DNA of 64,000 nt from an uncultured delta proteobacterium (GTDB lineage: Bacteria > Desulfobacterota > Zymogenia > Zymogenales > Zymogenaceae). The stretch lies in contig CAVTLK010000005.1 of assembly GCA_963735595.1 (NCBI GenBank), positions 384,001-448,000 on the forward strand. The letters run 5' to 3'. Below, piece by piece: positions 10,193 through 24,201 of the stretch. The position numbers were made by a program, and so were the translations under genes. Under the pieces are notes generated by a model. It was not told the DNA's origin, made no database searches, and worked only from the letters and a program-made list of their open reading frames with translations. Numbering within the stretch: the first letter of the stretch is position 1; each line of letters opens with the position of its first letter.

Positions 10193-10363
10193 ATGGCGAT
10201 AGACAAGGACCTTCTGGATATACTGGCGTGTCCCCAATGCAAGGGAGACGTTACGCTGACCGAGAAGGGAGACGGCCTGATCTGCAGGAAGTGTAAACTC
10301 GTTTACGAAATCAAGGACGATATACCCATCATGCTCATCGATGAGGCAAAGAAGGTCGATTGA
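10193..10363 (+). CDS. Trm112/YcaR family small protein (56 aa, absent from ORF track)
   Basis: Manual translation MAIDKDLLDILACPQCKG...LICRKCKLVYEIKDDIPIMLIDEAKKVD; RBS AAGGAGG. Confidence 0.92.
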   Translation: MAIDKDLLDILACPQCKGDVTLTEKGDGLICRKCKLVYEIKDDIPIMLIDEAKKVD

Positions 10364-10371
10364 GCCGGGGC

Positions 10372-11397
10372 ATGAAACGAATCATCATTAAAGGGACGAA
10401 CTGGATCGGGGATGTCTTCCTGTCTCTGCCCGCGGTTTACTCCCTTTCGGCCATCTTTCCCGATGCCGCCATAGACATCGCCCTCAAGCGGCCGCTGGGG
10501 AGCCTCCTGGGCGGTGTCGACGTGATCGACTCGATGCTCGACTACGAAGCGACGCCTTCCGGGGAGATTGACCTGGTGCGCAGGATGAGGCGTACGCGCT
10601 ACGATATCGGTGTGATCTTTCCTCGCTCCCTCCATTCGGCGCTCCTGGTCTATTTCGGGGGGGCGCGTCGGCGCGTCGGGTATCTGGCGGACGGCCGGCG
10701 GCTGCTCCTGACCGACACAGTAGCCAGGACGCGCGAGATCAGGACCGTCCATCAGAGCCACTACTACCGGCATCTTGTATCGGTGCTCGGAGATCCCGGC
10801 CCCCTGGTCATCCCCCGCATCGGGCCCGAGGCGGAGGCTCAGGCGTGGGCCGATGATTTCCTGCGATCGGCGGGGCGCGGTCAGGGGCCGCTCATCGGCA
10901 TAAATCCCGGCGCGGCCTACGGGGATGCCAAGCGGTGGTTTCCAGACCGATTTGCCGCCGCGTCCGACCGACTGATCGGACGGTTCGGGGGCGACGCCCT
11001 TATCGTCGGGGGAGAAAAGGACAAGGAGATCGAGGCGGAGGTTGCGCGGTCCATGAGGTCCGTTCCGATCCGGGCGATGGGCGCCACTACGATCAAGCGC
11101 CTGATCGCCCTCATTGCCCGGTGCAGCCTCTTTATCACCAACGACTCAGGCCCGATGCATATCGCTGCGGCCCTCGGCGTACCGGTCGTCGCGATCTTCG
11201 GGCCAACCAACCCCGATACGACCTCTCCCATGGCGCCGATGGGCCGGTCGACCGTTATTTGGCACGAGTTCGAGTGCTCGCGCTGCCTGTTGCGAAGCTG
11301 TCCTATCGACCATCGGTGTATGAAATCGGTTACGGCCTCCGAGGTCTACGAGGCCGGGGCACGGCTATTATCGGGGGACCAAACCGCGGCCGATTGA
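10372..11397 (+). CDS. waaF: LPS heptosyltransferase II (GT9)
   Basis: NWIGD, NPGAAYGDAKRW, TNDSGPMHIAAA, FGPT. Confidence 0.85.
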   Translation: MKRIIIKGTNWIGDVFLSLPAVYSLSAIFPDAAIDIALKRPLGSLLGGVDVIDSMLDYEATPSGEIDLVRRMRRTRYDIGVIFPRSLHSALLVYFGGARRRVGYLADGRRLLLTDTVARTREIRTVHQSHYYRHLVSVLGDPGPLVIPRIGPEAEAQAWADDFLRSAGRGQGPLIGINPGAAYGDAKRWFPDRFAAASDRLIGRFGGDALIVGGEKDKEIEAEVARSMRSVPIRAMGATTIKRLIALIARCSLFITNDSGPMHIAAALGVPVVAIFGPTNPDTTSPMAPMGRSTVIWHEFECSRCLLRSCPIDHRCMKSVTASEVYEAGARLLSGDQTAAD

Positions 11398-11632
11398 CCG
11401 TCCCGGCGGGGTAATAATATCTATGATAAGTACATGAAATATCCCGTAAAAATACCATAACCTATTGATTATATTGACTTATCGAGCTGCTTAATACATA
11501 GGCACTATCGGAAATCAATCGTCATTTCGAGATGTTACATACCTGTCACCGTCATTTATCAACAGGTTATCCAACGGCGGCCGTTGGATTGTATACATGA
11601 GCTATATGCATAGAAAAATATAACTATCGAGT

Positions 11633-12328
11633 ATGAAACGAGATACGGCTGAACGCCCGCGCGTCATAGAAAGCCTCGAGGGGGCAAACGGTGATATCAT
11701 CCTTTTCTCCCGCCGGACCCCGGACGGCGTCCGCTACGAGATCACGATCGGCGGCCACTTCGTCATGGCGGCCTCCGACGGGCCGACGGAGCGGCGCCTG
11801 GCTACGGCGGCGCTGTCCCTCGTAACAAAGGGCGCCGACATTGCGGTGCTGGTCGGCGGGCTCGGGTTGGGGCTGACGCTTGCCGAGACGCTCGTCGACC
11901 CGCGCGTTGGGCACGTTGTCGTCGCCGAGATGGAAGAGGGGGTTATCCGCTGGAACCGCACCTACCTGAAGGAATTCAACGATCGAGCGCTCTTTGACGG
12001 GCGGGTTACGGTTCGGGAGGGTGACGTCATGGAGGTCATCCGGAAGAGCCGCCGGGCTTTCGACGCCGTCCTCATGGACGTGGACAACGGGCCGTCGTTT
12101 CTGATCCTCGAACGAAACGAGCCTCTCTACACGAGACGCGGAATAAAGAAGATACGCCGATCTCTGACCGAAGGGGGTATCCTGGCGGTCTGGTCAAACC
12201 GGCCGGATGATCTCCTGGAAGAAACGCTCACGGAGGTCTTCGGAAACGTCGAGTGCGAGCTGATCGTCGACGAGAATCTCAGGGAAGACCTCCCGCCGAC
12301 TGCCATCTATACGGCGAAGAAATGCTGA
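11633..12328 (+). CDS. Spermidine synthase-like SAM-dependent methyltransferase fold protein
   Basis: VLVGGLGLG motif I, DAVLMDVDNGP, GGILAVWS. Confidence 0.75.
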   Translation: MKRDTAERPRVIESLEGANGDIILFSRRTPDGVRYEITIGGHFVMAASDGPTERRLATAALSLVTKGADIAVLVGGLGLGLTLAETLVDPRVGHVVVAEMEEGVIRWNRTYLKEFNDRALFDGRVTVREGDVMEVIRKSRRAFDAVLMDVDNGPSFLILERNEPLYTRRGIKKIRRSLTEGGILAVWSNRPDDLLEETLTEVFGNVECELIVDENLREDLPPTAIYTAKKC

Positions 12329-12350
12329 ATCATGCGTTCAGGAGAATTGA

Positions 12351-12950
12351 ATGAAAAAGGTCCTGGTGATCCTTGCCCACCCCGATGAGAAGAGCTTTAA
12401 CGCTGCCATCGCCACGAGGTGCGCCGAGGCGCTTACCCGAAACGAGTATGAGGCGGTCGTCCACGATCTCTATCGGGAGGGATTCGACCCGATCCTGCCC
12501 GCGGCCGAGATACCCTTGGATGGGAAGGTCGATGCCGTTGTCGAGCGTCACTGCGGGGAGCTCGTTGAGGCCCACGGCCTCATCATCGTACACCCTAACT
12601 GGTGGGGGATGCCGCCGGCGATCCTGGCGGGGTGGGTAGACCGGGTCTTCCGGCCGGGGGTGGCGTACCGGTTTCGCGAGGGCGATAAAGAGGAGGGTGT
12701 TCCGATCGGGTTGCTTGCCGGGAAAACGGCGCTGGTGTTCAACACCTCGAACACCGCCCGCGAACGGGAGCTTGCCGTCTTCGGCGATCCCCTCGAGGCG
12801 TTCTGGAAGACATCTATTTTCGATTTCTGCGGGATAACCGAGCATTACCGGCGAACGTTTTCGGTCGTCGTCACGAGCACCGAAGCGGGACGCGAGATAT
12901 GGCTTGCCGAGGCCGCCGCGACGGTCGATCGGCACTTTCCGAAGGAGTAA
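12351..12950 (+). CDS. Flavodoxin-fold NAD(P)H dehydrogenase (quinone)
   Basis: ILAHP..SFN, DLYREGFDP, PNWWGMPPAILAGWVDRVF. Confidence 0.88.
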   Translation: MKKVLVILAHPDEKSFNAAIATRCAEALTRNEYEAVVHDLYREGFDPILPAAEIPLDGKVDAVVERHCGELVEAHGLIIVHPNWWGMPPAILAGWVDRVFRPGVAYRFREGDKEEGVPIGLLAGKTALVFNTSNTARERELAVFGDPLEAFWKTSIFDFCGITEHYRRTFSVVVTSTEAGREIWLAEAAATVDRHFPKE

Positions 12951-13038
12951 CGATCAGGCATGGATATAAAGGGGATTCTATATAACCCTATTTCTCAGTT
13001 TTAGCCGCGGTGTCAACCGAATAAGGCAGTGCGTCACC

Positions 13039-13905
13039 TCAATTCAACCTAAAAACCCTTCCTACCGCCGATCGGAACAGCAAGAGGCGGGACCGGAGCG
13101 TTGCCCTTTCGATGCCCGCCAAGAGCACCGTGTCGCTTCCCGCGTATCCTCTTATAATCATTGAGAAATCGTCGTCCTGAAGCTTTTGCCTTATCGATTT
13201 CAGCTTGCGCAGCGAGCGCAGCAGCCGCCTCAGGTTTCGTATCCGTCTTCGCCGCCCGAGTTCCGGATGAACCGCCGCCTTGTCGAAATCAATAATGTAG
13301 ACTGCGCCCTTTTTGTCCACGAGGATGTTATTCATGTTAAGGTCGGCGTGGTCAATCCCGGCATCGTGCATTGCTCTGACGGCCGCTCCGGCCCTTTTCA
13401 GGATAGCCGCAAGGCGGTTGGTGTCGCCCCGGTTTTCCCCGATGAATACGGGAAGCGTCCATGAGCCCGGTATCAACCGGGTCGCGATGCGGCCGCGGTG
13501 CCAGATAAGTCCCGCGCGTGTCGATGACGCCCCGACGACCTCCGGCACGGGGACGCCCAGCGTGCGCGCCCGCGCCAGGACGGCGAGCTCACGGAAGGGC
13601 CGGGATGAACAGAGATAGCGGTCGAAGAGGACCTTCCCGATTAGCCCGCCGCGCCGGTAACGGCGCAGCACGACGTCGCCGATCCCGTCAATCGCGTGGA
13701 CGGATGTCGATCCCCGGCCGCCGGAAAGTGCAGTCCGTGCCGTCTGCGGAAGGAGAGGCTCCCCTGTCAGGATTCGCGATAGTGGGCGGGAACTCTCGTA
13801 TTTCTTTTGGAGGATGAGGGTTTCGATTCCTTTTGTGCGCAGGACGAAACCGGGCGGCGTGGTCTCCGTTGGGGCCGGGTGGGGATTCCGATAGTCCTTC
13901 CTCAT
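13039..13905 (-). CDS. kdkA: 3-deoxy-D-manno-octulosonic acid kinase (Kdo/WaaP family)
   Basis: GGRG, VLRRYRRGG, HADLNMNNILV, IIDFDKA, NLRRLLRSLRK. Confidence 0.85.
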   Translation of the reverse strand: MRKDYRNPHPAPTETTPPGFVLRTKGIETLILQKKYESSRPLSRILTGEPLLPQTARTALSGGRGSTSVHAIDGIGDVVLRRYRRGGLIGKVLFDRYLCSSRPFRELAVLARARTLGVPVPEVVGASSTRAGLIWHRGRIATRLIPGSWTLPVFIGENRGDTNRLAAILKRAGAAVRAMHDAGIDHADLNMNNILVDKKGAVYIIDFDKAAVHPELGRRRRIRNLRRLLRSLRKLKSIRQKLQDDDFSMIIRGYAGSDTVLLAGIERATLRSRLLLFRSAVGRVFRLN

Positions 13906-13932
13906 TGCCGTCCGCCTGTTACCCGTTACCCA

Positions 13933-15057
13933 TTATATATACACCCTCGGCACCCGCTTGCCGATGAGGCACGTGATCTCGTAGTTGATCGTCGAGAGTT
14001 TTTCTGCCATCTCGTCGGTGGATATCTCGGCGGCGCCCTGCCTTCCCATGAGGACGACCTCGTCGCCGACGGCGGCACCCTTGATGTGTGTTACGTCAAT
14101 CATCGTCATATCCATGCAGATGCGCCCGATGACGGGGGCGCGTTCGCCGCGCACGAGGACCTCGTAGTTGTTGGACAAGAGCCGCCGGTAGCCGTCGGCA
14201 TATCCGATCGGCAGCGTCGCCACGTCCGTCTCTGCGGCCGTGACGTAGGTGCCCCCGTAGCTGATGGGCGTGCCCGGAGGGACGCGCTTGAGAAAGCGAA
14301 TCCTCGTCGCGAGGGTCATAGCCGGCGTAAGCGGTATCGAGCGCCTGACTTCCCGGGAGGGGTAAAGGCCGTAGATCATGATCCCCGGCCGCACCATGTC
14401 GAGGTAGGAGGCCGGAAACGCCAGCACGCCGCCGGAGTTGGCCATGTGGCGGATGGGGATGTCGATCCCCCGGGAAGAAAGCTCGCCGAGGAGCCCCGTG
14501 AAAGTCTCAATCTGGTTACTGGTGAAGGCCGGGTCGGCCTCGTCCGATTTCGGGAAATGGGTGAATATACCCTCGATGATGAGGTTCGGCAGTCGCTGCA
14601 GAAAGGCGATGTAGTCAAGCGTTTCGGCCGGGGTGATCCCGACGCGGCCCATGCCGGTATCGACCTTCACGTGGACTTTGGCCGGACGTTCGGCCGGGGC
14701 GCCGGCCGAGAGGGCCCGCGGGCTTTCGGTGTCAGAGACCGACTGGGCCAGGTCGAATTGCAGGACGGTCTCGATTGACTCGGGCGGGGCGGCGCCGAGG
14801 ATCAAGACAGGCGCTGAGATCCCGGCCCCGCGGATCTCCACCGCCTCCTGTGCGTAGGCGACGCCCAGGTGCGTCGCGCCGGCCCCGAGCGCGGTGCGCG
14901 CCACCGGCACGGCGCCGTGTCCGTAGCCGTCGGCCTTGACCACGGCCATGATATTAACACGGCCGCCGACCAGCCCCCTGATCCCCTGGATGGAGCCCGC
15001 TACCGCCGAGAGGTCGATAACGGCCCGTGTGTCCCTGATAACGGATTCATCATACAT
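13933..15057 (-). CDS. alr: Alanine racemase
   Basis: AVVKADGYGHG, KVDTGMGRVG, IGYADGY, GRICMD. Confidence 0.96.
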   Translation of the reverse strand: MYDESVIRDTRAVIDLSAVAGSIQGIRGLVGGRVNIMAVVKADGYGHGAVPVARTALGAGATHLGVAYAQEAVEIRGAGISAPVLILGAAPPESIETVLQFDLAQSVSDTESPRALSAGAPAERPAKVHVKVDTGMGRVGITPAETLDYIAFLQRLPNLIIEGIFTHFPKSDEADPAFTSNQIETFTGLLGELSSRGIDIPIRHMANSGGVLAFPASYLDMVRPGIMIYGLYPSREVRRSIPLTPAMTLATRIRFLKRVPPGTPISYGGTYVTAAETDVATLPIGYADGYRRLLSNNYEVLVRGERAPVIGRICMDMTMIDVTHIKGAAVGDEVVLMGRQGAAEISTDEMAEKLSTINYEITCLIGKRVPRVYI

Positions 15058-15097
15058 AGGATAGTGCCCGATTATAAGGCGCCGATAAATGCTTGAT

Positions 15098-16042
15098 TTA
15101 CGGACGCAGCCGCACGAGATAGATGCCGTCGCTTTTCGTACCGACCCATATGGTTTGGTCCGGCCCGGCCGTAAGCGAGGTTATCCCGATGGGGGCGTTA
15201 CCTTCCGCCGAAAAGGATTCAAACGCTCCCCCCTTCGTCGAGGCATAGAGCCCCGTATCGGAAGCGATGACGGTGGTCTCGCCGTATACGAGGAACGCCG
15301 TTATCCTGCCCGGTTTTCCGGGCAGCGCGACATTACGCAGGCCGTCGGCGGAAAGCACGAACGCCCCGCCGGCGTCCGTCCCGATTAAAAGGCGGTCCCC
15401 GTCGACCAGGAGCGCCCGGACAGTCCGGCCCGAAAGCTCGCCGACCCACCCGGTCTTTGCTGCAAACGCGCCCCCAATGATCAGGAGTCCGCCTTTCCGG
15501 TGCGCGCGGTCGCGTGCGCCGGCGATGATCGTGCCGTCTTCGGCCGCTGCAAGCGCCGTGACGCCCGTATCCCTGATGATCGTATGGAGCGCCCCGTCGG
15601 GGCCGGCGTAGTAGAGGCCGGAATCGGAGCCGATGGTCACGATGCCGAACCGGGCCGCAATCGCGGTGATCTTCATTCCCGGGTCTACGGGAAACCGCGA
15701 CGCCGTCCAGAGGTCATCCCGGTCGGTAATGCGGTAGATAAACCCGGGGGACGTGGCGGCCCAGAGGTCCCCGGCAGGGTCCTGCGACAGGGCGACGGCC
15801 GGGATTTTTTGAAAGATCGGCAGGAAGTAGTAATCGGAAAGGATATGCAGCCCCCCCGCCGAGGCGATAAAGACGCCGGCGTTACCGGCGGAAGAGACGG
15901 CGTTGACCGTGTTATCAAAGAGCCCCTCCTCCGCCGTCCGGTGGTCGATGATCTCGAGCTGCCCACACCAGGCCGGGACCCAGAGGCAGGAAACCAGCAT
16001 CAAGGATAACCAGAGCATCGGTAAAATTCTCTGTTTCGTCAT
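15098..16042 (-). CDS. Secreted beta-propeller repeat protein (two-component regulator propeller-like)
   Basis: Hydrophobic signal peptide; repeats like DLWAAT, TIGSDSGLY, IWVGTKSDGIY; start set at ATG 16042. Confidence 0.65.
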   Translation of the reverse strand: MTKQRILPMLWLSLMLVSCLWVPAWCGQLEIIDHRTAEEGLFDNTVNAVSSAGNAGVFIASAGGLHILSDYYFLPIFQKIPAVALSQDPAGDLWAATSPGFIYRITDRDDLWTASRFPVDPGMKITAIAARFGIVTIGSDSGLYYAGPDGALHTIIRDTGVTALAAAEDGTIIAGARDRAHRKGGLLIIGGAFAAKTGWVGELSGRTVRALLVDGDRLLIGTDAGGAFVLSADGLRNVALPGKPGRITAFLVYGETTVIASDTGLYASTKGGAFESFSAEGNAPIGITSLTAGPDQTIWVGTKSDGIYLVRLRP

Positions 16043-16348
16043 TGGATTTCTACTGCTCCACGATCCGTCTTCAATACGACACGGCCCGCGGCGGTTCGTT
16101 CCGCTTGCACCGGGGTGATAAGGCCCTGCGTCCGACGATACGAAACACCCGGAACCTCGTCGGTTATCCGGGACAGTCAATTGCTCAATTGCTTCGACGG
16201 GGCCCGGCGCCCCGGCCGTATATTTATTACTTACTGTAGTATATAATATGGATTGCCGTGATAGTACAATAAAAAAATCGAGATTTCAATTCTCTTGACA
16301 TTGCCAACGCACGGAGTTTAATATACTATTTTTCCTCAGGGGGAGATT

Positions 16349-17236
<888 letters not shown>

Positions 17237-17268
17237 GTTCGTCGGTAGATTCCGGGAGGAGTAAGGAT

Positions 17269-17670
17269 ATGAAAAAGATTGCCATTCTTTTCCTTGCGCT
17301 CTTCACAATGGTCACGGTCGCGTACGCCGGCAGTACGGTCGCCAAGCCGGCTACGCTCAAATTCAACGATTGCCCCAAAGGGCTGAAGGTCGTCAAGTAC
17401 GGCCTCAACTACATCACCAGCGGCCCTAACCGGGGCAAGGCCCGCGTGTACGTGAAGGTCCGCGCGTTGGACTCGGTCCTGCTCGGCTGCGCCTATCTCA
17501 AGGTCTATACCGAGGACGGGAAAGTAATCTACAAAGGAAAGAAGCGAATAAAGCTCTTCATGGGAAGCGAGGATACCTACGGCGCGTATGTCCCGGCCGC
17601 GCGTATCAAAGGAGGGGACATCAAGGCCGAGATCGGGGTGGGGTGCAGCTGCGGAAGGGGAGGATACTGA
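17269..17670 (+). CDS. Hypothetical exported basic protein (133 aa)
   Basis: RBS GGAGGAG, signal peptide MKKIAILFLALFTMVTVAYA. Confidence 0.7.
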   Translation: MKKIAILFLALFTMVTVAYAGSTVAKPATLKFNDCPKGLKVVKYGLNYITSGPNRGKARVYVKVRALDSVLLGCAYLKVYTEDGKVIYKGKKRIKLFMGSEDTYGAYVPAARIKGGDIKAEIGVGCSCGRGGY

Positions 17671-17732
17671 CCCGACCACGATCGACCGCGGAGTCCCCGG
17701 ATTCATCTACCTGTTTATTTACGGAACCGATT

Positions 17733-19797
17733 GTGACAAAAGAACTGCTGTTTGAAATTGGTACGGAGGAGATCCCGGCCGGATTTGTCGGCCCGGCGCT
17801 GACGGCGATGGAGGGGCTCTGCAAGGAACTCCTGGATACGTATCGCATCGACGCGGGCGCCGTCACTACCCTGGGAACCCCCCGAAGGCTCGTGCTGATC
17901 GTCGAGGGCGTGTCCGAAAGCCAGCGGCCCGAAACCGTCGAAAAGATCGGGCCGCCGGTATCGGTATGCCTGGGGCCGGACGGCAAACCCAACGAAAAGG
18001 CCGTTGGATTTGCCAGGGGGCAGGGCGTTGCCGTCGAGGACCTCAAGCGGGTAAAAACCGATAAGGGCGAATACATGGCGGCCGTCAGAGAGGACAAGGG
18101 CCGTCCTACCTCAGACGTGCTGCCCGAGATACTGACCAGGCTGATTTCCGATATCCCTTTCAAGAAGAGCATGCGCTGGATGGACCAATCGGTCCGCTTC
18201 GTTCGGCCCGTTCACTGGATCGTGGCCGTCTTCGGCGGGCAGGTCGTCCCGCTGACCTTCGGCAATATCACCAGCGGTAACCTCACCCGGGGGCACCGCT
18301 TTCACGCGCCGCAGCCGATCGCAGTCAGCGGACGCCAGGGATTACCGGAAAAAGATGAAGGAGGCGTTCGTTATCGTCGATCCCGACGAGCGGCGCGGCC
18401 TCATCGAGCGCCAGGTGACCGAGGTCGCCGCGTCCTGCGGGGGCGCGGTGCTGCCCAATCCGGGGCTGGTCGAGGAGATCGTATACCTGACGGAGTTCCC
18501 CTTTGCGGCGGCGGGCGTCATACCAGAGAAGTACCTCGTCCTCCCCAAGGACGTGATGGTCACCGCCATGCGCTCCCACCAGCGCTACTTCTCGGTGGTG
18601 AACGGCCGGGGCGAAATCGTGCCCCGCTTCATCACGGTAAACAATACGAAGCCCACGGATATCTCCCTGGTCATGCGGGGAAACGAGCGCGTCCTGGCGG
18701 CGCGGCTCGAGGACGCGCGCTTCTACTTCGAGGAAGACCTCAAGGTCAAGCTGGCCGACCGGGTCGAGGCCCTGAAGACGGTCGTCTTTCACTCCAAGCT
18801 CGGGACGTCCTACGAGAAGGTAATGCGGTACCGGGAGCTTTCCGGATGGCTTGCCGACCGGCTGGCGCCCGAGAAAAAGGAAGACATCCTGTCTGCGGCG
18901 TTCCTTGCCAAGGCCGATCTCGACACCGGCATGGTCGCCCAGTTCCCGACGCTCCAGGGAGCGGTGGGAAGGGAATATGCCGTCCGGGAAGGGATCAAGC
19001 CGTCGGTAGCGGCCGCCATCAGCGAGCACTACCTCCCCCAGGGCGCGAAAGACCCGTTGCCGGAAGGCATCGAAGGGACGCTCGTGTCGCTGGCCGACAA
19101 GATGGACACCGTCTGCGGGTTCTTCGGGGTGGGGCAGACGCCGACTGGCGCTGCGGACCCCTATGCGCTGAGGCGAAACACCATCGCGATCCTCAACATT
19201 ATCGTCGGCAAGAAGCTGAGGCTGTCGCTCGTGGAATTTATCGACGCGGCGGTCAACAACCTTGCCGGCAAGATCACCAAGACGCCTGCCCAGACGAAGA
19301 TCGATGTCCTCGATTTCTTCAGGGGGAGGTTCTCCGGCATACTCGTGGGCGAGGGATACCACGCCGACGTCGTGGAGGCGGTCCTCTCGGTATGGATGGA
19401 CGACGCGGTCTCTTCCAAGAAACGCGCGGCGGTGCTCTCGGTATGGAAGGGCCGCCCCGAATTCTCGGACCTGGCCGGCTCCATCAAGCGAGTGGCCAAC
19501 ATCCTCAAGGGTAAGGAGACCGGCGCGCCCGACGAATCGCTCCTTAAAGAGGACGTCGAGCAAAAGCTCCTTGCCGCGTACAAAAAGGCGCAGGGCGAGA
19601 TAGACACGCTCCTCTCGTCGGAGGATTATGATTCGGCGCTGGGGGTTCTGCTGAAGCTGAAGGCCCCGATCGACGAGTTCTTCAACGGCGTCATGGTCAT
19701 GGACAAGGACGAGAAGATCCGCGACAGCCGCCTGGCACTCCTGAACCTGGTCCGCTCGCTCTTCATGAAACTCGGGGATTTCTCGCTGATCGAATGA
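17733..19797 (+). CDS. glyS: Glycine-tRNA ligase beta subunit (apparent frameshift near 18330)
   Basis: LLFEIGTEEIP, RFVRPVHWI, GNERVLAARL, DPYALRR split over two frames. Confidence 0.93.
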
Positions 19798-19917
19798 CGG
19801 GTCCCTATATATATAAGGGCGTAAGGGGATAATGGCGTAAGGGCATCGGGGCGCCGTCCGTAACTGTAATTATATATACACTCCACTGGATAGATCCGAC
19901 TCAAAAGGAGACTGACG

Positions 19918-22599
<2,682 letters not shown>

Positions 22600-22624
22600 C
22601 CGACGGGGGGGCAGCGCCCCCCAC

Positions 22625-23120
22625 CGTCATTGCGGATAAAGCGAAGCACGGTGACAGTGGGGGGACTGCTATGACACTTCTCCGTCATTGCGAGCGCAGC
22701 GAAGCAATCCCCTTGTTGTACGGTGACAGTCGGGAGGTTGCCGCGTCGGCCCCGATGGGGCCTCCTCGCAATGACGACGAAGTGGGTGAGCGGAATTCCG
22801 ACGGCACTTCTCCGTCATGGCGAGCGTAGCGAAGCAATCCCCTTGTTGTACGGTGAAGACGGGTAACAGTGAGGGGATTGCCGCGTCGGCCCCGATGGGG
22901 CCTCCTCGCAATGACGGCGGAGTGGGTGAGCGGGATTCCGACGGCACTTCACCGTCATTGCGAGCGCAGCGAAGCAATCCCCTTGTTGTACGGTGAAGAC
23001 GGGTGACAGTGGGGAGGTTGCCGCGTCGGCCTGGCGGCCTCCTCGCAATGACAATAATAGTCGTCGCCGAGGGCGACGTCGTTAAGCATTGCCGCGGCCC
23101 CTCCGGGGCCTCGCAAAGAC
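22625..23120. repeat. Array of CGTC-tagged palindromic repeat dimers (3 units of about 130-140 bp plus degenerate ends)
   Basis: CGTCATTGCGAG..AAGCAATCCCC - TTGTTGTACGG..GACAGT - G(A/G)TTGCCGCG..CTCGCAATGAC repeated. Confidence 0.92.
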
Positions 23121-23148
23121 ATTCCAACCGTATCAGTGAGGTGACGTC

Positions 23149-24201
23149 GTGACCGAAACCAAGGAGACGACCGAGAAGAAGGAACCGATCGAAAAAAAGG
23201 TACCGACCGAGAAGAAGGAACCGATCGAAAAGAAGGAGCCGGCCGAAAAGAAGGTAAAGACCACGTTCGTCGCGTTCTCCGGGACGGGTTCGGCCCTGCT
23301 CGGATACGCGGCCGCCCTCATCCTGTGCGGCGCGCTGGCCTTTATCCCCCTGCCGTTCGTGACGGTCGCGGTACGGAAATGGTTTTACCGCTGCCTCTCG
23401 GTTACCGATTCGGGCACGCCGGTCTCCGTTTCGTTTGACGGGAGCGCGGCCGCCCTCCTGAAATACTGGATACCGTCTCTCGTCCTCTTCGCGGTGACGG
23501 GCGTCTCGCTTTTCTTCGGTATCACCGAGAAGTCCGAAGGGTTCCTGACGTTCCTCCTGATCACGATCTCCATCCTCGCGCTGGTGCCCCAGGCGTGGCT
23601 CTGGGCCGCAAAGCACACGTACACGGTTGCCCATACGAAGGCGTCGATTGGCTCTGTCCCGGTGACGTTCGCCTTTTCCGGGAAGGGGACGACGGCGCTC
23701 TGGCACGGGCTGAAGATGCTCTTTTCGGCCTTTGCCGCGGGCCTCCCCATGCCGTGGGCGCTCACGGGTGCGGTTTCCTGGTGCCTGGGGGCCACCGATA
23801 TAAAGGCCGGGACCGACTTCCGGCCATCCTTCTCCGGCAAGGGCGGGTCGCTTTTCTGGTACGGAGTGGGCTTTGCGATCGCTCCCTTTTTCGCCTTCCT
23901 CATCGCCCCCTCGCTGGTCCGGGGCCTGCTGGCCTGGGCCGCCCGCTACACCAATGTCATCGGGCTGGAACGGACGGTCGAGTTCGAATTCACCGGGAAG
24001 GCCGGCCCGATCTTCGGGTACGTCTACCTCCTGCTCGGCCTCGGGGTCCTGGGGCTTATCCTCAACCTGCTGTTGGCCGAGGTCGCGCCCGAGCCGGCCC
24101 GTTTTGCGCTGGTGAGTGCGCTGTTCGTCTTCACGGTCCCCTTTATTGCCGCCGCCTTCCTCAGGTGGTGCGCGCAGAACCTCGACGTCGTCAAGAAATA
24201 G
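23149..24201 (+). CDS. Multi-pass membrane protein, YjgN/DUF898-like, with N-terminal EKK repeats
   Basis: Repeated F(S/D/T)G(K/T/S) plus TM pair modules; GTG start with GAGGTG RBS. Confidence 0.65.
   Translation: MTETKETTEKKEPIEKKVPTEKKEPIEKKEPAEKKVKTTFVAFSGTGSALLGYAAALILCGALAFIPLPFVTVAVRKWFYRCLSVTDSGTPVSVSFDGSAAALLKYWIPSLVLFAVTGVSLFFGITEKSEGFLTFLLITISILALVPQAWLWAAKHTYTVAHTKASIGSVPVTFAFSGKGTTALWHGLKMLFSAFAAGLPMPWALTGAVSWCLGATDIKAGTDFRPSFSGKGGSLFWYGVGFAIAPFFAFLIAPSLVRGLLAWAARYTNVIGLERTVEFEFTGKAGPIFGYVYLLLGLGVLGLILNLLLAEVAPEPARFALVSALFVFTVPFIAAAFLRWCAQNLDVVKK

Noticed and set aside
11410..11630. Chromosomal replication origin
   Set aside because: Only two imperfect DnaA-box-like words and no dnaA/dnaN/gidA context
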